Both the position numbers and the translations under genes were made by a program. A DNA stretch of 63,940 nucleotides, filler included. It is 6 parts of 6 records of this genome, joined end to end, with 100 filler letters (N's around TTAATTAATTAA, not from the genome) between each part and the next. Parts side by side here need not be neighbours in the genome. Positions count along the whole stretch, not along the records: positions 35,561 to 42,742 come from SRR20825010_1687; positions 42,843 to 57,057 come from SRR20825010_1689; 4 more parts are not named here. One strand, written 5' to 3'. Under the pieces are notes generated by a model. The model saw only the letters and a program-made list of their open reading frames with translations. It ran no database searches and had not been told where the DNA came from. Shown one piece after another: positions 37,269 through 47,883 of the stretch; the stretch's first letter is position 1, and each line of letters opens with the position of its first letter.

Positions 37269-37405
37269 GATTAAAGTGTAGGCAATCAGGTGAGCCGCTT
37301 GCCCAGCAAACATGCAGACAGTCCGGCGCAAACGGCCTTGCCCACACTCCTTCGCTACCCCCGCCTCCTGTCCGAAAATGACACATAACATGCCGGATTA
37401 AACGA

Positions 37406-38041
37406 ATGGCTGTGACATCGCAAAATGGCCGCCGCACACGAATTCAGCAGGAAAACCGCGAGCGCATCCTGAAGGCCGCGCTCGATATGTTCTCCCGGTC
37501 AGGCTATCGCGGCACCACGCTGGACGAGATCGCCGCCACGGCCGGCATGTCCAAACCCAACATGCTCTACTATTTCCGCACCAAGCAGGAACTTTATCAA
37601 ACCGTCCTGCAGGAAACCCTGGACGACTGGCTGACTCCGTTCGCCAAACTCAACCCGCAAGGCGATCCCGCCTCCGAACTCGGCGCCTATATCTCCGCCA
37701 AACTTGCTCATGCCCGGATCAACCCGAAGGCCTCCCGCCTGTTCGCCAACGAGATCCTGCAGGGTGCCCCCCTGCTTGAGGACACCCTGAAAGGCCCGCT
37801 CAAGGATCTGGTCGAAACCAAGTCGAAAGCGATCCGGACATGGATCGCCGACGGGAAGATGGCGCCGGTCGACCCGCTGCACCTGATCTACATGATCTGG
37901 GCCTCGACCCAGCATTACGCCGATTTCGAAACCCAGATGGATGCCCTCGAAGGCACCGAGCCCGGCACCCGCGCCAAACGCTTCGAAGGCGCCGAGAGAA
38001 CGCTGTTCACGGTGCTCTTCAATGGGTTGAAGCCGCGTTAA
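37406..38041 (+). CDS. rutR: RutR/PydR-like TetR regulator of pyrimidine utilisation
   Basis: MSKPNMLYYF HTH, SRLFANEI, WASTQHYADF. Confidence 0.9.
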   Translation: MAVTSQNGRRTRIQQENRERILKAALDMFSRSGYRGTTLDEIAATAGMSKPNMLYYFRTKQELYQTVLQETLDDWLTPFAKLNPQGDPASELGAYISAKLAHARINPKASRLFANEILQGAPLLEDTLKGPLKDLVETKSKAIRTWIADGKMAPVDPLHLIYMIWASTQHYADFETQMDALEGTEPGTRAKRFEGAERTLFTVLFNGLKPR

Positions 38042-38077
38042 GACTATCTCCTATCATCATGTAACTTTTAAACAATA

Positions 38078-38163
38078 ACCGTCATCCCCATGAAAGTGGA
38101 GACCCAGGGAGGGCTGGCGAAACTCTACGATCTCTGGGTCCCCGCATGCGCGGAGATGACGGT
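38078..38163. repeat. CGTC-family REP doublet
   Basis: ACCGTCATCCCC...GACCCAG / CTGGGTCCCC...GATGACGGT inverted pair between convergent genes. Confidence 0.7.
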
Positions 38164-38195
38164 GAAAAAGTGGGGCGGATGGCGCCATACATCCC

Positions 38196-39500
38196 CTACT
38201 CCGCCGCAACCCGCATCGGGTTGTTCGGGTGGGTTGTCCAATTGCCGTATTCCGGATTAATCGGCTGGCCGGTGCGCGCATCCACGCCGTCCGTCTGCTG
38301 CTCCATGGTGATGCAGTTCTCGACCGGGCAGACACTGACGCAGAGATTGCAACCGACACATTCCGCATCGTTCACCTCGAAATGCCTCTGACCGTCCTTC
38401 TCAGCCCAGATCGCCTGGTGCGAGGTGTCCTCGCAGACGATATGGCAGCGCCCGCACTTGATGCAGGACTCCTGATCGATCTTCGCCTTCACCACGTAAT
38501 TGAGGTTCAGATACTGCCAGTCGGTGACGTTCGGAACCGCCATGCCGACGAACTGATCGACGGATGTATACCCCTTCTCATCCATCCAGTCCGACAACCC
38601 AAGTTTCATCTCCTCGACGATCTTGAAGCCGTAGGTCATGGCCGCGGTGCAGACCTGCACCGTACCGGCGCCGAGCGCCATGAATTCCGCCGCGTCCCGC
38701 CAGGTGGTGATGCCGCCGATAGCCGAGATCGGCAGGCCCTGGGTCTCCGGGTCGCGAGCGATCTCGGAGACCATGCTCATGGCAATCGGCTTTACGGCTG
38801 GGCCACAATAGCCGCCATGTGTGCCTTTGCCGTCGATATGCGGGCTCGGCGCCATAATATCGAGATCGACGCCCATCACCGAATTGATCGTATTGATCAG
38901 CGATACCGCATCCGCTCCACCGTTTTTCGCAGCCCGGGCAGGCTGACGGACATCGGTGATGTTCGGCGTCAGCTTGACGATGACCGGCATGCGCGTGTTC
39001 TGCTTGCACCAGCGGGCGACCATCTCGACATATTCCGGCACCTGACCGACAGCCGCGCCCATGCCGCGCTCCGACATGCCGTGCGGACAGCCGAAATTGA
39101 GCTCGATCCCATCCGCGCCGGTATCCTCAACCAGCGGCAGGATCTTCTTCCAGGCCTCCTCCTCGCACGGCACCATCAGCGAGACGATGATGGCCCGGTC
39201 CGGCCACGCCTTCTTAACCGCCTTGATCTCCCGGAGATTGACTTCCAGAGGTCGGTCGGTAATTAGCTCGATATTGTTGAGGCCGATAAGCCGCCGGTCA
39301 TTGGAATGGATCGCGCCGTAACGCGGCCCGTTCACATTGACGACATGCGGATCCTCCCCGAGCGTCTTCCAGACAACGCCACCCCAGCCGGCCTTGAAGG
39401 CACGGGTGACGTTCACCTCCCGGTCGGTCGGCGGTGCCGAGGCGAGCCAGAAGGGGTTGGGGGATTTGATACCGAGGAAATTCGTCTGCAGATTTGCCAT
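38196..39500 (-). CDS. preA: Dihydropyrimidine dehydrogenase subunit PreA
   Basis: NPFWLASAPPT, NFGCPH, KLTPN, two C-terminal 4Fe-4S CxxCxxC motifs. Confidence 0.95.
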   Translation of the reverse strand: MANLQTNFLGIKSPNPFWLASAPPTDREVNVTRAFKAGWGGVVWKTLGEDPHVVNVNGPRYGAIHSNDRRLIGLNNIELITDRPLEVNLREIKAVKKAWPDRAIIVSLMVPCEEEAWKKILPLVEDTGADGIELNFGCPHGMSERGMGAAVGQVPEYVEMVARWCKQNTRMPVIVKLTPNITDVRQPARAAKNGGADAVSLINTINSVMGVDLDIMAPSPHIDGKGTHGGYCGPAVKPIAMSMVSEIARDPETQGLPISAIGGITTWRDAAEFMALGAGTVQVCTAAMTYGFKIVEEMKLGLSDWMDEKGYTSVDQFVGMAVPNVTDWQYLNLNYVVKAKIDQESCIKCGRCHIVCEDTSHQAIWAEKDGQRHFEVNDAECVGCNLCVSVCPVENCITMEQQTDGVDARTGQPINPEYGNWTTHPNNPMRVAAE

Positions 39501-39520
39501 GATCTCTCTCCCGATCCGGC

Positions 39521-40861
39521 TTACGCGCCTGTCAGCGCGTTATGGATGGAAAGCGCGGCTTGCTTGCCGTCTTCAACGGCCGCAACGGTGAGATCCTCAC
39601 CGCCGGCAACCGCATCGCCCCCCGCCCAGATTTTCGGATGACTGGTGCGACGGTCCGCTCCGGCCTTGATCCGTCCAGCCTCCAGCGCGACCTCGACCGT
39701 GCTGCCCTGAAGCGGCACCGGGACAAAGGTCTGGCCAATGGCTTTCAGCACCATGTCCGCCTCAAGCGTGAAATGCGCGCCAGTGTCCGTGAGCTTCCCG
39801 CCCTCGTCTTTCGTCCGGGCAAAACTAATTGAGCCAACCTTGCCATCCGGCCCTGCATCGATCTTCTCTGGCCGGGCCCAGTGCCGCAGCACAACGCCCT
39901 TTTCCTTGGCGAGAGATTGCTCGTAAGGGCTGGCATTCATCCGATCCGCACCGCGGCGATAAACCAGCGTCACCTCGTCCGCGCCCAGCAGCTTGGACTG
40001 AACGGCCGCATCAATCGCCGTCATGCCGCCGCCGATGACGACAACATTGCTGCCGACTGCGACCTTCTCCATCGCCGGAGCCTGCCGCAGATCCTCGATG
40101 AAATCGACCGCATCGGCAACGCCGTCGAGCGCCTCGCCGTCAACGCCAAGGCCATTGGCCGCCCCGAGGCCAAGGCCCAGGAAGACAGCATCGAAATCAG
40201 AGACCAGGCTGTCGAGTGTCACGTCCCGCCCAAGCGCTACACCGTTTTTCAATTCAATGCCGCCGATGGAAAGCACAAAGTCGAGCTCTTTCTGGGCGAA
40301 TTCATCGACCGCCTTGTAAGCTGCAATGCCGTATTCGTTAAGCCCGCCGCCCTTCTCCCGCGCCTCGAAGATGGTGACGTCATGGCCCAGCATTGCGAGC
40401 CGATGGGCGCAGGAAAGTCCGGCAGGGCCGGCACCGACAACGGCAATAGTCTTGCCGGTCAGGGCTGCGCGTTCAAAAGGCTGAGCGCCCTTTTCCATCA
40501 GGTGATCGGTGGCATAGCGCTGCAGCTCGCCGATCCGCACCGGTTTGTGCTCAATCTCCCGCACGCAGGCCTGCTCGCACAAGGTCTCCGTCGGACAAAC
40601 CCGGGCACACATGCCCCCGAGAATGTTCTCGCTCAGGATCGTCTTGGCCGACCCGGACGGATTGTCGGTCAGGATCTGGCGGATGAAGAGCGGGATATCG
40701 ATGCCTGTCGGGCATGCTGTGACGCAGGGCGCATCATGGCAGAAATAACAGCGGTCAGCCTCGACAACAGCTTCGTGTTTGCTGAGCAACGGATGGAGAT
40801 CGGCGAAATTCGACTCGACCTCCGCCGGGGACAATCTGTCCCCACGGATATCAGACGGCAT
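39521..40861 (-). CDS. preT: Dihydropyrimidine dehydrogenase subunit PreT
   Basis: RCYFCHDAPC-x-x-ACP, CARVCP, GAGPAG, GGGMTAID. Confidence 0.92.
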   Translation of the reverse strand: MPSDIRGDRLSPAEVESNFADLHPLLSKHEAVVEADRCYFCHDAPCVTACPTGIDIPLFIRQILTDNPSGSAKTILSENILGGMCARVCPTETLCEQACVREIEHKPVRIGELQRYATDHLMEKGAQPFERAALTGKTIAVVGAGPAGLSCAHRLAMLGHDVTIFEAREKGGGLNEYGIAAYKAVDEFAQKELDFVLSIGGIELKNGVALGRDVTLDSLVSDFDAVFLGLGLGAANGLGVDGEALDGVADAVDFIEDLRQAPAMEKVAVGSNVVVIGGGMTAIDAAVQSKLLGADEVTLVYRRGADRMNASPYEQSLAKEKGVVLRHWARPEKIDAGPDGKVGSISFARTKDEGGKLTDTGAHFTLEADMVLKAIGQTFVPVPLQGSTVEVALEAGRIKAGADRRTSHPKIWAGGDAVAGGEDLTVAAVEDGKQAALSIHNALTGA

Positions 40862-40903
40862 AGTCTCTCCAGTTCAGAAGCCACGGTGCATTTGCACTCG
40901 TTT

Positions 40904-40919
40904 TTTACTATCTGATCAA
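40904..40919. promoter_or_regulatory. RutR box upstream of preT
   Basis: TTTACTATCTGATCAA, degenerate RutR palindrome. Confidence 0.6.
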
Positions 40920-41018
40920 AAATTTGAGACGCCGTCAAACTGAAGACGCGGTTGCCGTGCATAAAATCTGCGCATAGAACCAGATCCGCTTACCCCTTCG
41001 ATACTGGCAGCAAACTTC

Positions 41019-41837
41019 ATGTGCAAAAGTCATATCGTTCAGTCCGGCAGCGCTTCACTGGCAGTGGAGAGCATCGGTGCAGGGCCACCAATTGTCTTTC
41101 TTCATGCCAATGTCGCCGATAGCCGGATGTGGTACGCGCAGATGGACAGCATCAGCGCAGGCAATATGGCCATTGCCTATGACCGGCGCGGGTTTGGGAA
41201 AACCGTCACCGGACCGGAGGGGTTTTCTGCCGTTTCCGACTTGATGGCAGTGATTGACGCCATCTCGGACGGCTCCCCCACCATTCTCGTCGGCTGCTCC
41301 CGTGGCGGACGGATCGCAATCGATGCCGCCTTGCGCTATCCGGAACGGTTCCGCGCGCTGGTGCTGATTGCCCCTTCGGTAAGCGGATCTCCGGCTGCCA
41401 TCAATTCTCCCGAAATCGAAGCTCTGATGCGGCACGCATCGGAAATCGAAGAGGCAGGCGATCTTGATCAATTGAACGCTATTAAAGCGCGGATATGGCT
41501 CGACGGACCGCTTGGCGCCGAGGGCCGGGTCCAGGGCGACGCCCGCCGGTTGTTCCTCGACATGAACGGCATTGCCCTCCGTCTGGCAGCAGATATGAAA
41601 GCGGAGATAGAGACCGCGCCTGCCTATCACCGGTTAAGCGAGATAGCGATGCCAGCCCTCGTGATCTCGGGCGACCTCGACTTTCCGTTCATTCAGGAAA
41701 GATCCCGGCATATCGCCAAGACCGTGCGTAACGGCTCGCATCATGAGGTTTCCGGCACCGCGCATCTGCCGAGCCTTGAACGGCCGGCTGAGATCACGGA
41801 ACTGCTTACCGGTTTCATCTCCGCCTCCCGGACATAG
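41019..41837 (+). CDS. Alpha/beta fold hydrolase
   Basis: D-x-RGFG, GCSRGG nucleophile elbow, GDLD, AH-x-P-x-x-E-x-P. Confidence 0.9.
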   Translation: MCKSHIVQSGSASLAVESIGAGPPIVFLHANVADSRMWYAQMDSISAGNMAIAYDRRGFGKTVTGPEGFSAVSDLMAVIDAISDGSPTILVGCSRGGRIAIDAALRYPERFRALVLIAPSVSGSPAAINSPEIEALMRHASEIEEAGDLDQLNAIKARIWLDGPLGAEGRVQGDARRLFLDMNGIALRLAADMKAEIETAPAYHRLSEIAMPALVISGDLDFPFIQERSRHIAKTVRNGSHHEVSGTAHLPSLERPAEITELLTGFISASRT

Positions 41838-41868
41838 AAAACGCCGGAAGACATCTTCCGGCGTTTTC
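41837..41868. terminator. Bidirectional intrinsic terminator
   Basis: GAAAACGCCGGAAGA-CA-TCTTCCGGCGTTTTC between convergent genes. Confidence 0.75.
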
Positions 41869-41910
41869 GTTTGTATCAAGTTTTGGACGCGGCTCTGAAC
41901 GCCCTTGGCA

Positions 41911-42474
41911 TCAATAGGCCCAGCTAGCAAGGACGGCAGGCTCGACCCGGGCATATGCGCCGCCGTGACCGGACGGGGCGGTCTCGGCCTTGTCCTGGCA
42001 GGTGCCTTCGACGACATCGAGGGCCGGCTGGTAGTAGCCCTTGAAGCGGCGGTTCGCCCGCATCCAGGCTTCCAGCAGTTTCTCGTCCGCGACCTCGACC
42101 GCATCGACGCCGCAGCGCTGCAGGAACAGGAACTGGTCCTGGATCACATGACCGGTGGCCCGGATCTCGCCCTTGAAACCGAAGCGGTCCCGCAGCAGAC
42201 GAGCCTGAGAGAAGGCCCGGCCGTCATTGAATTTCGGGAACACCAGGATCACCGCATCGAGATCCGGCAGATCCTCGCGGATATCCTCGACATCATCGGC
42301 GTTTTCAAGCCGGACGGCGCGCCGGTCGAAATTGGCGACCAGTGTCTCGCGGCCGGCCTTCCATTCCTCGAGGCTAACAAGCACCGGTGTATTCCGGTCC
42401 AGCGTTTCAGCCTCCCGATCCGTCAGCGAAACCCAGATATCTTCCTGGATACGGCCATTCTTAATGATTGGCAT
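41911..42474 (-). CDS. DUF934 protein (sulfite-reductase associated)
   Basis: FPKFNDGRAFSQARLLR, GEIRATG, RCG-x-D. Confidence 0.9.
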   Translation of the reverse strand: MPIIKNGRIQEDIWVSLTDREAETLDRNTPVLVSLEEWKAGRETLVANFDRRAVRLENADDVEDIREDLPDLDAVILVFPKFNDGRAFSQARLLRDRFGFKGEIRATGHVIQDQFLFLQRCGVDAVEVADEKLLEAWMRANRRFKGYYQPALDVVEGTCQDKAETAPSGHGGAYARVEPAVLASWAY

Positions 42475-42742
42475 AGAGAGTCTCCTTGAAGGGGTTGATG
42501 CCGACACGGGACACCGTGTCGATGAAGGTCTCGCCTTCGGTGCGTATTTTGCGGAACGTCCCGATCAATGTGTCGATGGCGTCCACAACGCCTTCGGCCG
42601 GGAAGGACGGGCCGAGGATCTTGCCAATGGCGGCATTCTCGTCCGCGATCCCGCCGATGGTGATCTGGTAATGCTCGACGCCTTTCTTATCGACGCCGAG
42701 AATGCCGATATTGCCGACATGGTGATGCCCGCAGGCATTGAT
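42461..42742 (-). CDS. cysI: Sulfite reductase hemoprotein, C-terminal fragment
   Basis: Manual translation INACGHHHVGNIGILGVDKKG...PFKETLYANH*. Confidence 0.88.
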   Translation of the reverse strand: MNACGHHHVGNIGILGVDKKGVEHYQITIGGIADENAAIGKILGPSFPAEGVVDAIDTLIGTFRKIRTEGETFIDTVSRVGINPFKETLYANH

Positions 42743-42842
42743 NNNNNNNNNNNNNNNNNNNNNNNNNNNNNNNNNNNNNNNNNNNNTTAATTAATTAANN
42801 NNNNNNNNNNNNNNNNNNNNNNNNNNNNNNNNNNNNNNNNNN

Positions 42843-42971
42843 CTGTAGGAGCACCTCTTGAGGTGCGAACCGTGCCGCGTAAGCAGGGATTTGTGAGCGA
42901 CGCTTGCGTGAAAGCTGTATCGTTTTCCCTCGCCAAGGCTCGGGTTCGCGCCTCAAGAGGCGCTCCTACAG
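42843..42971. repeat. GTAG-family REP doublet (REPIN)
   Basis: CTGTAGGAGCACCTCTTGAGGTGCGAACC ... GGTTCGCGCCTCAAGAGGCGCTCCTACAG. Confidence 0.85.
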
Positions 42972-42988
42972 CGACTCCATAAGCAAGG

Positions 42989-43456
42989 TCAGTCGCGCAT
43001 CAAGACGGCCTGCTTGCCGCCGGTGAGCTTCAGTAAATCCCCCGGCGCCATGGCGATTTCCAGCCCGCGCCGGCCGGCGCTCATGTAGATAATCTCGAGG
43101 GATTGCGCGCTGCCATCCAGATATAACGGCAACCGTTTCTTCTGCCCCAGCGGGCTAATGCCGCCCAGCACATAACCGGTTAATCGTTGCGCCTTGTCCG
43201 CCGGGCACATCTGCGCCTTCTTGCCACCGTGGGCACGGGCCAGACACTTCAGGTCCAGCTGGTGGGCCACTGGCACCATGGCCACCACCGGCACGTCATC
43301 CACCAGCACCATCAACGTCTTGAACACCTGCTCCACCGGCAGGTCCAAGGCCTCCGCCGCCTCCAGCCCGTAGCTTTGCGCTTTCGGGTCGTGTTCGTAG
43401 CTATGCAGCGTAAACGCTACCTTGCCGCGCTTGGCCGCCTGCACCGCCGGTGTCAT
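42989..43456 (-). CDS. ybaK: Cys-tRNA(Pro) deacylase
   Basis: MTPA, VFKTL, TGYVLGGISPLGQKK, SAGRRG. Confidence 0.93.
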   Translation of the reverse strand: MTPAVQAAKRGKVAFTLHSYEHDPKAQSYGLEAAEALDLPVEQVFKTLMVLVDDVPVVAMVPVAHQLDLKCLARAHGGKKAQMCPADKAQRLTGYVLGGISPLGQKKRLPLYLDGSAQSLEIIYMSAGRRGLEIAMAPGDLLKLTGGKQAVLMRD

Positions 43457-43914
43457 GCCTTGCGCGACTCCGGGGCACGCAGCGTCGCCGCCCGTTCGCG
43501 AGCAGTCTTTGCCCCGGCAGCATCGCCTTGCCGGTCCCGCGCGGTGGCCACCAATTCCCACAAACCGGCCTGATACTCCGGGTGGTCAGGAGCCAGACGC
43601 AGCGCTTTCAGGGCAAAGCCTTCCGCACCTCGGGCGTCGCCTTCGGTCAGGCGCAGGTCCGCCAGCTGCTTGTACAGCCAGGAGGAATCCGGGGCAATAT
43701 TCAACGCCCGCTCCAGATACCGTTCCGCCCGGGAATTATCCCCTTGCTGGCGCGCCTGCTCGGCACTGGTCAACAAACTCAGCGCCGGAGAGCCCTCCAA
43801 TTCCTGGCTGGCTGTCATCGGTTCCTGCGGCTCGTCGACCACGGGCTTCACCGCACACCCCACCATCACGACACTGATTAACACCAATCGAACCAGCCTT
43901 TGCATAAATAACAT
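43453..43914 (-). CDS. lpoP: TPR lipoprotein, probable PBP1b activator LpoP
   Basis: Lipobox MVGC, LERALNIAP TPR, immediately downstream of mrcB. Confidence 0.7.
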   Translation of the reverse strand: MLFMQRLVRLVLISVVMVGCAVKPVVDEPQEPMTASQELEGSPALSLLTSAEQARQQGDNSRAERYLERALNIAPDSSWLYKQLADLRLTEGDARGAEGFALKALRLAPDHPEYQAGLWELVATARDRQGDAAGAKTARERAATLRAPESRKA

Positions 43915-43975
43915 CCTGACCCCTATTTCCTTGATCGCAGGTTGATTGAGAGAATCACCGCAAACCGCATGGCGT

Positions 43976-46315
43976 TTAATCAAACAGGCCCTTGAACCAT
44001 CCTTTGATGCCCTTGCCGGTTTGCTTCACTGTGCCACAACCATCGCTGTCTTCGGGAATCGACGCGGCCAGCATGGGGTAGCGGCGGGCATTGCCACAAC
44101 CTTCTGCACTGACACGGCGACCGTCTTCATTCATCCATACCCATTCCACGCTGGGCGGCGGGTTTTGTGACAGGCTGCGCTGGGGCAGCTTGCCCATCAA
44201 ATTCGCCCACACTGGCAGGGCACCGCTGGAGCCGGTAATCCCCGCGTTTTTGTTGTCGTCACGGCCCACCCAGACCACCGCCAAATGATTGGCCGAGAAC
44301 CCGGCAAACCAGGCATCGCGGAAGTCATCACTGGTACCTGTCTTACCGGCGACTCTCAGGTCCGACGGCAGCGCCGCACGAGCGGCGCGGGCGGTGCCTT
44401 CTTCCACCACCTGCTGCATGGCCCACTGGGTCAAGAAGGCGGGGCCGGCCTCCACTACTTCATCGGTGCTCACCGGGTAACGGGCCAGCGGCTTGCCATC
44501 CTTGTCCAGCACATCAGTAATGGAGCGCAGTCGGGTACTGAAGCCACCGGTGGCCAGCGGCTGATACATCATCGCCACTTCAAACGGGGTCAATTCCAGG
44601 CTCCCCAACAGGATACTCGGGTACAGCGGAATATTGCGGGTAACCCCCAGGGTCTTCATGGTGTCGGCCACCTTATCCAGCCCCACATCCAGACCCAGTC
44701 GTGCAGTGGCCTGGTTACGGGACAGCGCCAGCACATCCACCATGGGCATGGCGCCCTTGGCCGTCTTGTCGAAATTCTGTGGCGACCACACGCTGCCATT
44801 GGGCAACTTGACCTGAATCGGCCCGTCTTCCACCAGCGTGGCCAGGGAATAGGTTTTCGGCTGTTGAACCGCCGACAACACCACCGCCGGTTTCGCCAGA
44901 GACCCCATGGGCCGCTGGGCATCCAGCGCCCGGTTGAAACCCGCCTGCCGCGAATCCCGGTTGCTTACCAGCGCCAGCACATCGCCCTGGGCCGGCGCCA
45001 CCACCACCACAGCACCGTTGAGCTTTTTCACCTGTTTCGGATCGCGATGATTGAGATGCTCTTTCAGCGCCCCCTCCGAAGCCAGCTGCGCCAGCACATC
45101 CAGAGTGGAATGGATGTGCAGGCCTTCGTCGCTGAGCACTTCCGGCGGGTAATCCCGCGCCAACTGACGGCGCACCAGATCGATAAACGCAGGGAATGCA
45201 TACAGTGCCGACGCGCCACGCGGCACCACTTCCAGCGGCCGGGCACTGAACTTGTCGTAGTCCGCACTGGACAAGGCACCTTCGTCACGGGCCACTTTCA
45301 ATACGGTATTGCGACGTTCCATGGCCCGCTCCGGGCGGCGGCGCGGGTCGTACCAGCTGGGTCCTTTCAGCAAGGCCACCAGGGTCGCCAGCTGATGGGG
45401 CTCCAGCTCTTCCAGCGGCCGACCGAACAGGAACTGGGCCCCCAGGCCCATCCCATGAATGGCACGGGCGCCGTCCTGGCCGAGATACACCTCATTGAGG
45501 TAGGCCTCGAGAATCTGGTCCTTGCTGTAATGCAGCTCCAGCAGCAAGGCCATGGGCATTTCCATCAGCTTGCGGGACAGGGTCCGGTCGGAGCTGAGCC
45601 AGAAATTCTTCACCAGCTGCTGGGTCAGGGTACTGCCCCCCTGCACCAGCCCGCCGGCCTTGATGTTGGCCAGCATGGCGCGGCTCAGGCCACGCAGGGA
45701 AATGCCATGGTGGTCGTAGAAGCTGCGGTCTTCGGTGGCAATCAGCATATCCACCAGCAACGGCGGCACTTTATCCAGCGGCACCAGCACCCGATCTTCC
45801 GCGTGCTGGGGGTGAATGCTGCCGATCTGCAATGGTTCCAGGCGGGCCAGGCGATCGCCGCCGGCCTCCAGGCTGCGAATCTGCCCACCGGACAAGGACA
45901 GCCGGATACGCTCGGACTGCTCGCCACCGTCACTGTCGTTGAAACCGCGGGTGTGAATCAGCAGGGAGTTGCCCTGCACCGCAAAGCTGCCCGGCGTGCT
46001 GGCGCGCGCATCGCGCCGGTAACGCATCAGGTCCAGCAGCTTGAGCATGTCCTCACGGGACAGCACCCGGCCTTCATACAGTTCCACTGGCCGGGCATAC
46101 ACCCGCGCCGGCAGCTGCCAGGCATGGGAATCAAACCGTTCGCGCACCAGCGCATCCAGATACGCCATGCCGGCAGCCCCAAGCACCAGGCACACCAGCC
46201 CTGCCTTGGCAATGAATGACCAACTGAACCAGCGCCGACGCTGGGCGGAGGGCTTCTTTTTTCTACTGGGTTGCCGCCGCGATTTTGCAGGGGACTTTTT
46301 CGCTTTTTTCGCCAT
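43976..46315 (-). CDS. mrcB: Penicillin-binding protein 1B
   Basis: UB2H region, EDRSF, GGSTLTQQLVKN, SLAK (SxxK), SRN, KTG. Confidence 0.95.
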   Translation of the reverse strand: MAKKAKKSPAKSRRQPSRKKKPSAQRRRWFSWSFIAKAGLVCLVLGAAGMAYLDALVRERFDSHAWQLPARVYARPVELYEGRVLSREDMLKLLDLMRYRRDARASTPGSFAVQGNSLLIHTRGFNDSDGGEQSERIRLSLSGGQIRSLEAGGDRLARLEPLQIGSIHPQHAEDRVLVPLDKVPPLLVDMLIATEDRSFYDHHGISLRGLSRAMLANIKAGGLVQGGSTLTQQLVKNFWLSSDRTLSRKLMEMPMALLLELHYSKDQILEAYLNEVYLGQDGARAIHGMGLGAQFLFGRPLEELEPHQLATLVALLKGPSWYDPRRRPERAMERRNTVLKVARDEGALSSADYDKFSARPLEVVPRGASALYAFPAFIDLVRRQLARDYPPEVLSDEGLHIHSTLDVLAQLASEGALKEHLNHRDPKQVKKLNGAVVVVAPAQGDVLALVSNRDSRQAGFNRALDAQRPMGSLAKPAVVLSAVQQPKTYSLATLVEDGPIQVKLPNGSVWSPQNFDKTAKGAMPMVDVLALSRNQATARLGLDVGLDKVADTMKTLGVTRNIPLYPSILLGSLELTPFEVAMMYQPLATGGFSTRLRSITDVLDKDGKPLARYPVSTDEVVEAGPAFLTQWAMQQVVEEGTARAARAALPSDLRVAGKTGTSDDFRDAWFAGFSANHLAVVWVGRDDNKNAGITGSSGALPVWANLMGKLPQRSLSQNPPPSVEWVWMNEDGRRVSAEGCGNARRYPMLAASIPEDSDGCGTVKQTGKGIKGWFKGLFD

Positions 46316-46491
46316 GGGCCGGAGTATAGAGAAAAGTGTGGGTACTTTATGAGTGTGGGGTGAGAAATATGTTCCCGGGGTCAAAATGACCGGGCCAGAG
46401 CAGGCAGCCCTCCCGCCACTGGCGTACAAATTTTGCATGCAGCGCCCGGCAGCCCATAATAGCCGCCCCTGCAATTCGCCTCGGAGCTTCC

Positions 46492-47496
46492 ATGACAAAG
46501 AAATATGACGTTTACGCCCTCGGTAATGCCCTGGTAGACACGGAAATCGAGGTCAGCGACGCCTTTTTGCAGCGCATGGAAGTAGGCAAGGGCCTGATGA
46601 CACTGGTGGATGAAGCCCGTCAGGCAGAATTGATCGAAGCGCTGGCCAACGAAGCCGAGCCCCGCAAACAGACCAGCGGAGGCTCCGCCTGCAACACGGT
46701 AGTCGCCACCCGTTACTTCGGCGGCAACAGTTACTACGCCTGCAAAGTGGCCGACGACGCCACCGGCACCATTTTCGTCGACGACCTGACCGCCGCCGGC
46801 GTAGATACCAACATGAACGGCCCGCGGGATGCCGGTGTTTCAGGCAAATGCCTGGTCATGCTGACCCCGGATGCCGAGCGCACCATGAACACCTACCTGG
46901 GCATCTCCAGCCAGGTCTCCGATGCGGAACTGGACGAAGCCGCCATCGCCGCCAGCCAGTACGTGTACCTGGAAGGCTATCTGGTCAGCGGCGACAGCTC
47001 TCGGGCCGCCGCCATCAAACTCCGCCAGCTGGCCGAAAAGAACGGCGTGAAAACCTCGCTGACCTTCTCCGACCCCGCCATGGTGCAGTTTTTCAAAGAC
47101 GGCCTGAATGAAATGCTCGGCGAGCGTGTGGACCTGCTGTTCTGCAACGAAGCCGAAGCTACCAGCTTCACCGACACCGACAACGTGGACGCCGCCCTGG
47201 AAGCGCTCAAGCCCCGCTGCGGCTCCGCCGTCATTACTCTCGGGGCGGACGGCGCCCTGGTCTGGGATGGTGATCAGACGCACCGCATCGACCCGGTCCC
47301 GGTGAAAGCCATCGACAGTAACGGTGCCGGCGACATGTTTGCCGGCGCCTTCCTGTATGCCATTACCCACGGTCACGACTTTGCCGCTGCCGGCAAACTC
47401 GCCTCCGCCGCCGCCGCGCGGCTGGTCAGCGAATTTGGCCCGCGCCTCCCGGCAGAGGCTCACCAGGAACTTCGCAACGCCATTCTGGGCGAATAA
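46492..47496 (+). CDS. PfkB-family (adenosine kinase-like) kinase
   Basis: GNALVD, GGSACN, DSNGAGDMFAG. Confidence 0.9.
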   Translation: MTKKYDVYALGNALVDTEIEVSDAFLQRMEVGKGLMTLVDEARQAELIEALANEAEPRKQTSGGSACNTVVATRYFGGNSYYACKVADDATGTIFVDDLTAAGVDTNMNGPRDAGVSGKCLVMLTPDAERTMNTYLGISSQVSDAELDEAAIAASQYVYLEGYLVSGDSSRAAAIKLRQLAEKNGVKTSLTFSDPAMVQFFKDGLNEMLGERVDLLFCNEAEATSFTDTDNVDAALEALKPRCGSAVITLGADGALVWDGDQTHRIDPVPVKAIDSNGAGDMFAGAFLYAITHGHDFAAAGKLASAAAARLVSEFGPRLPAEAHQELRNAILGE

Positions 47497-47550
47497 CCGC
47501 AGGGCGGACCTTTCTTCCCGACGACACAGCATCACGGAAACACCAAGACC

Positions 47551-47883
47551 ATGGAACACATCTGCAACGTGAACGACATCGAGCACGAGAGTGCACGGGA
47601 ATTTCAGAAAGACGGCCAGCCGATTGTCGTCGCCAAGTTCGATGGGCAGATTCACGCCTATATCAACTGGTGCCCGCACCTGGGCATCGAACTGAACTTC
47701 ATGCCCGATGAATTCATGGACGGCGACAGCCAGTTCATCATGTGCGCCAACCACGGCGCCCTGTTCGAAGTGGAGACCGGCCATTGCCTGTCCGGCCCCT
47801 GCAGCGGCGACAAGCTGATTCCCGTACCGCTGGAAATACGCGGCGAGGAAGTCTGGCTCGGCGAGGTTCCCCAACCCGCATGA
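47551..47883 (+). CDS. Rieske 2Fe-2S ferredoxin
   Basis: CPH ... CANHGALF ... GPC. Confidence 0.92.
   Translation: MEHICNVNDIEHESAREFQKDGQPIVVAKFDGQIHAYINWCPHLGIELNFMPDEFMDGDSQFIMCANHGALFEVETGHCLSGPCSGDKLIPVPLEIRGEEVWLGEVPQPA

Noticed and set aside
44285-46219. 644-aa plus-strand ORF and many similar long overlapping ORFs
   Set aside because: Antisense to well-supported genes (here mrcB); expected in GC-rich DNA, no motifs.
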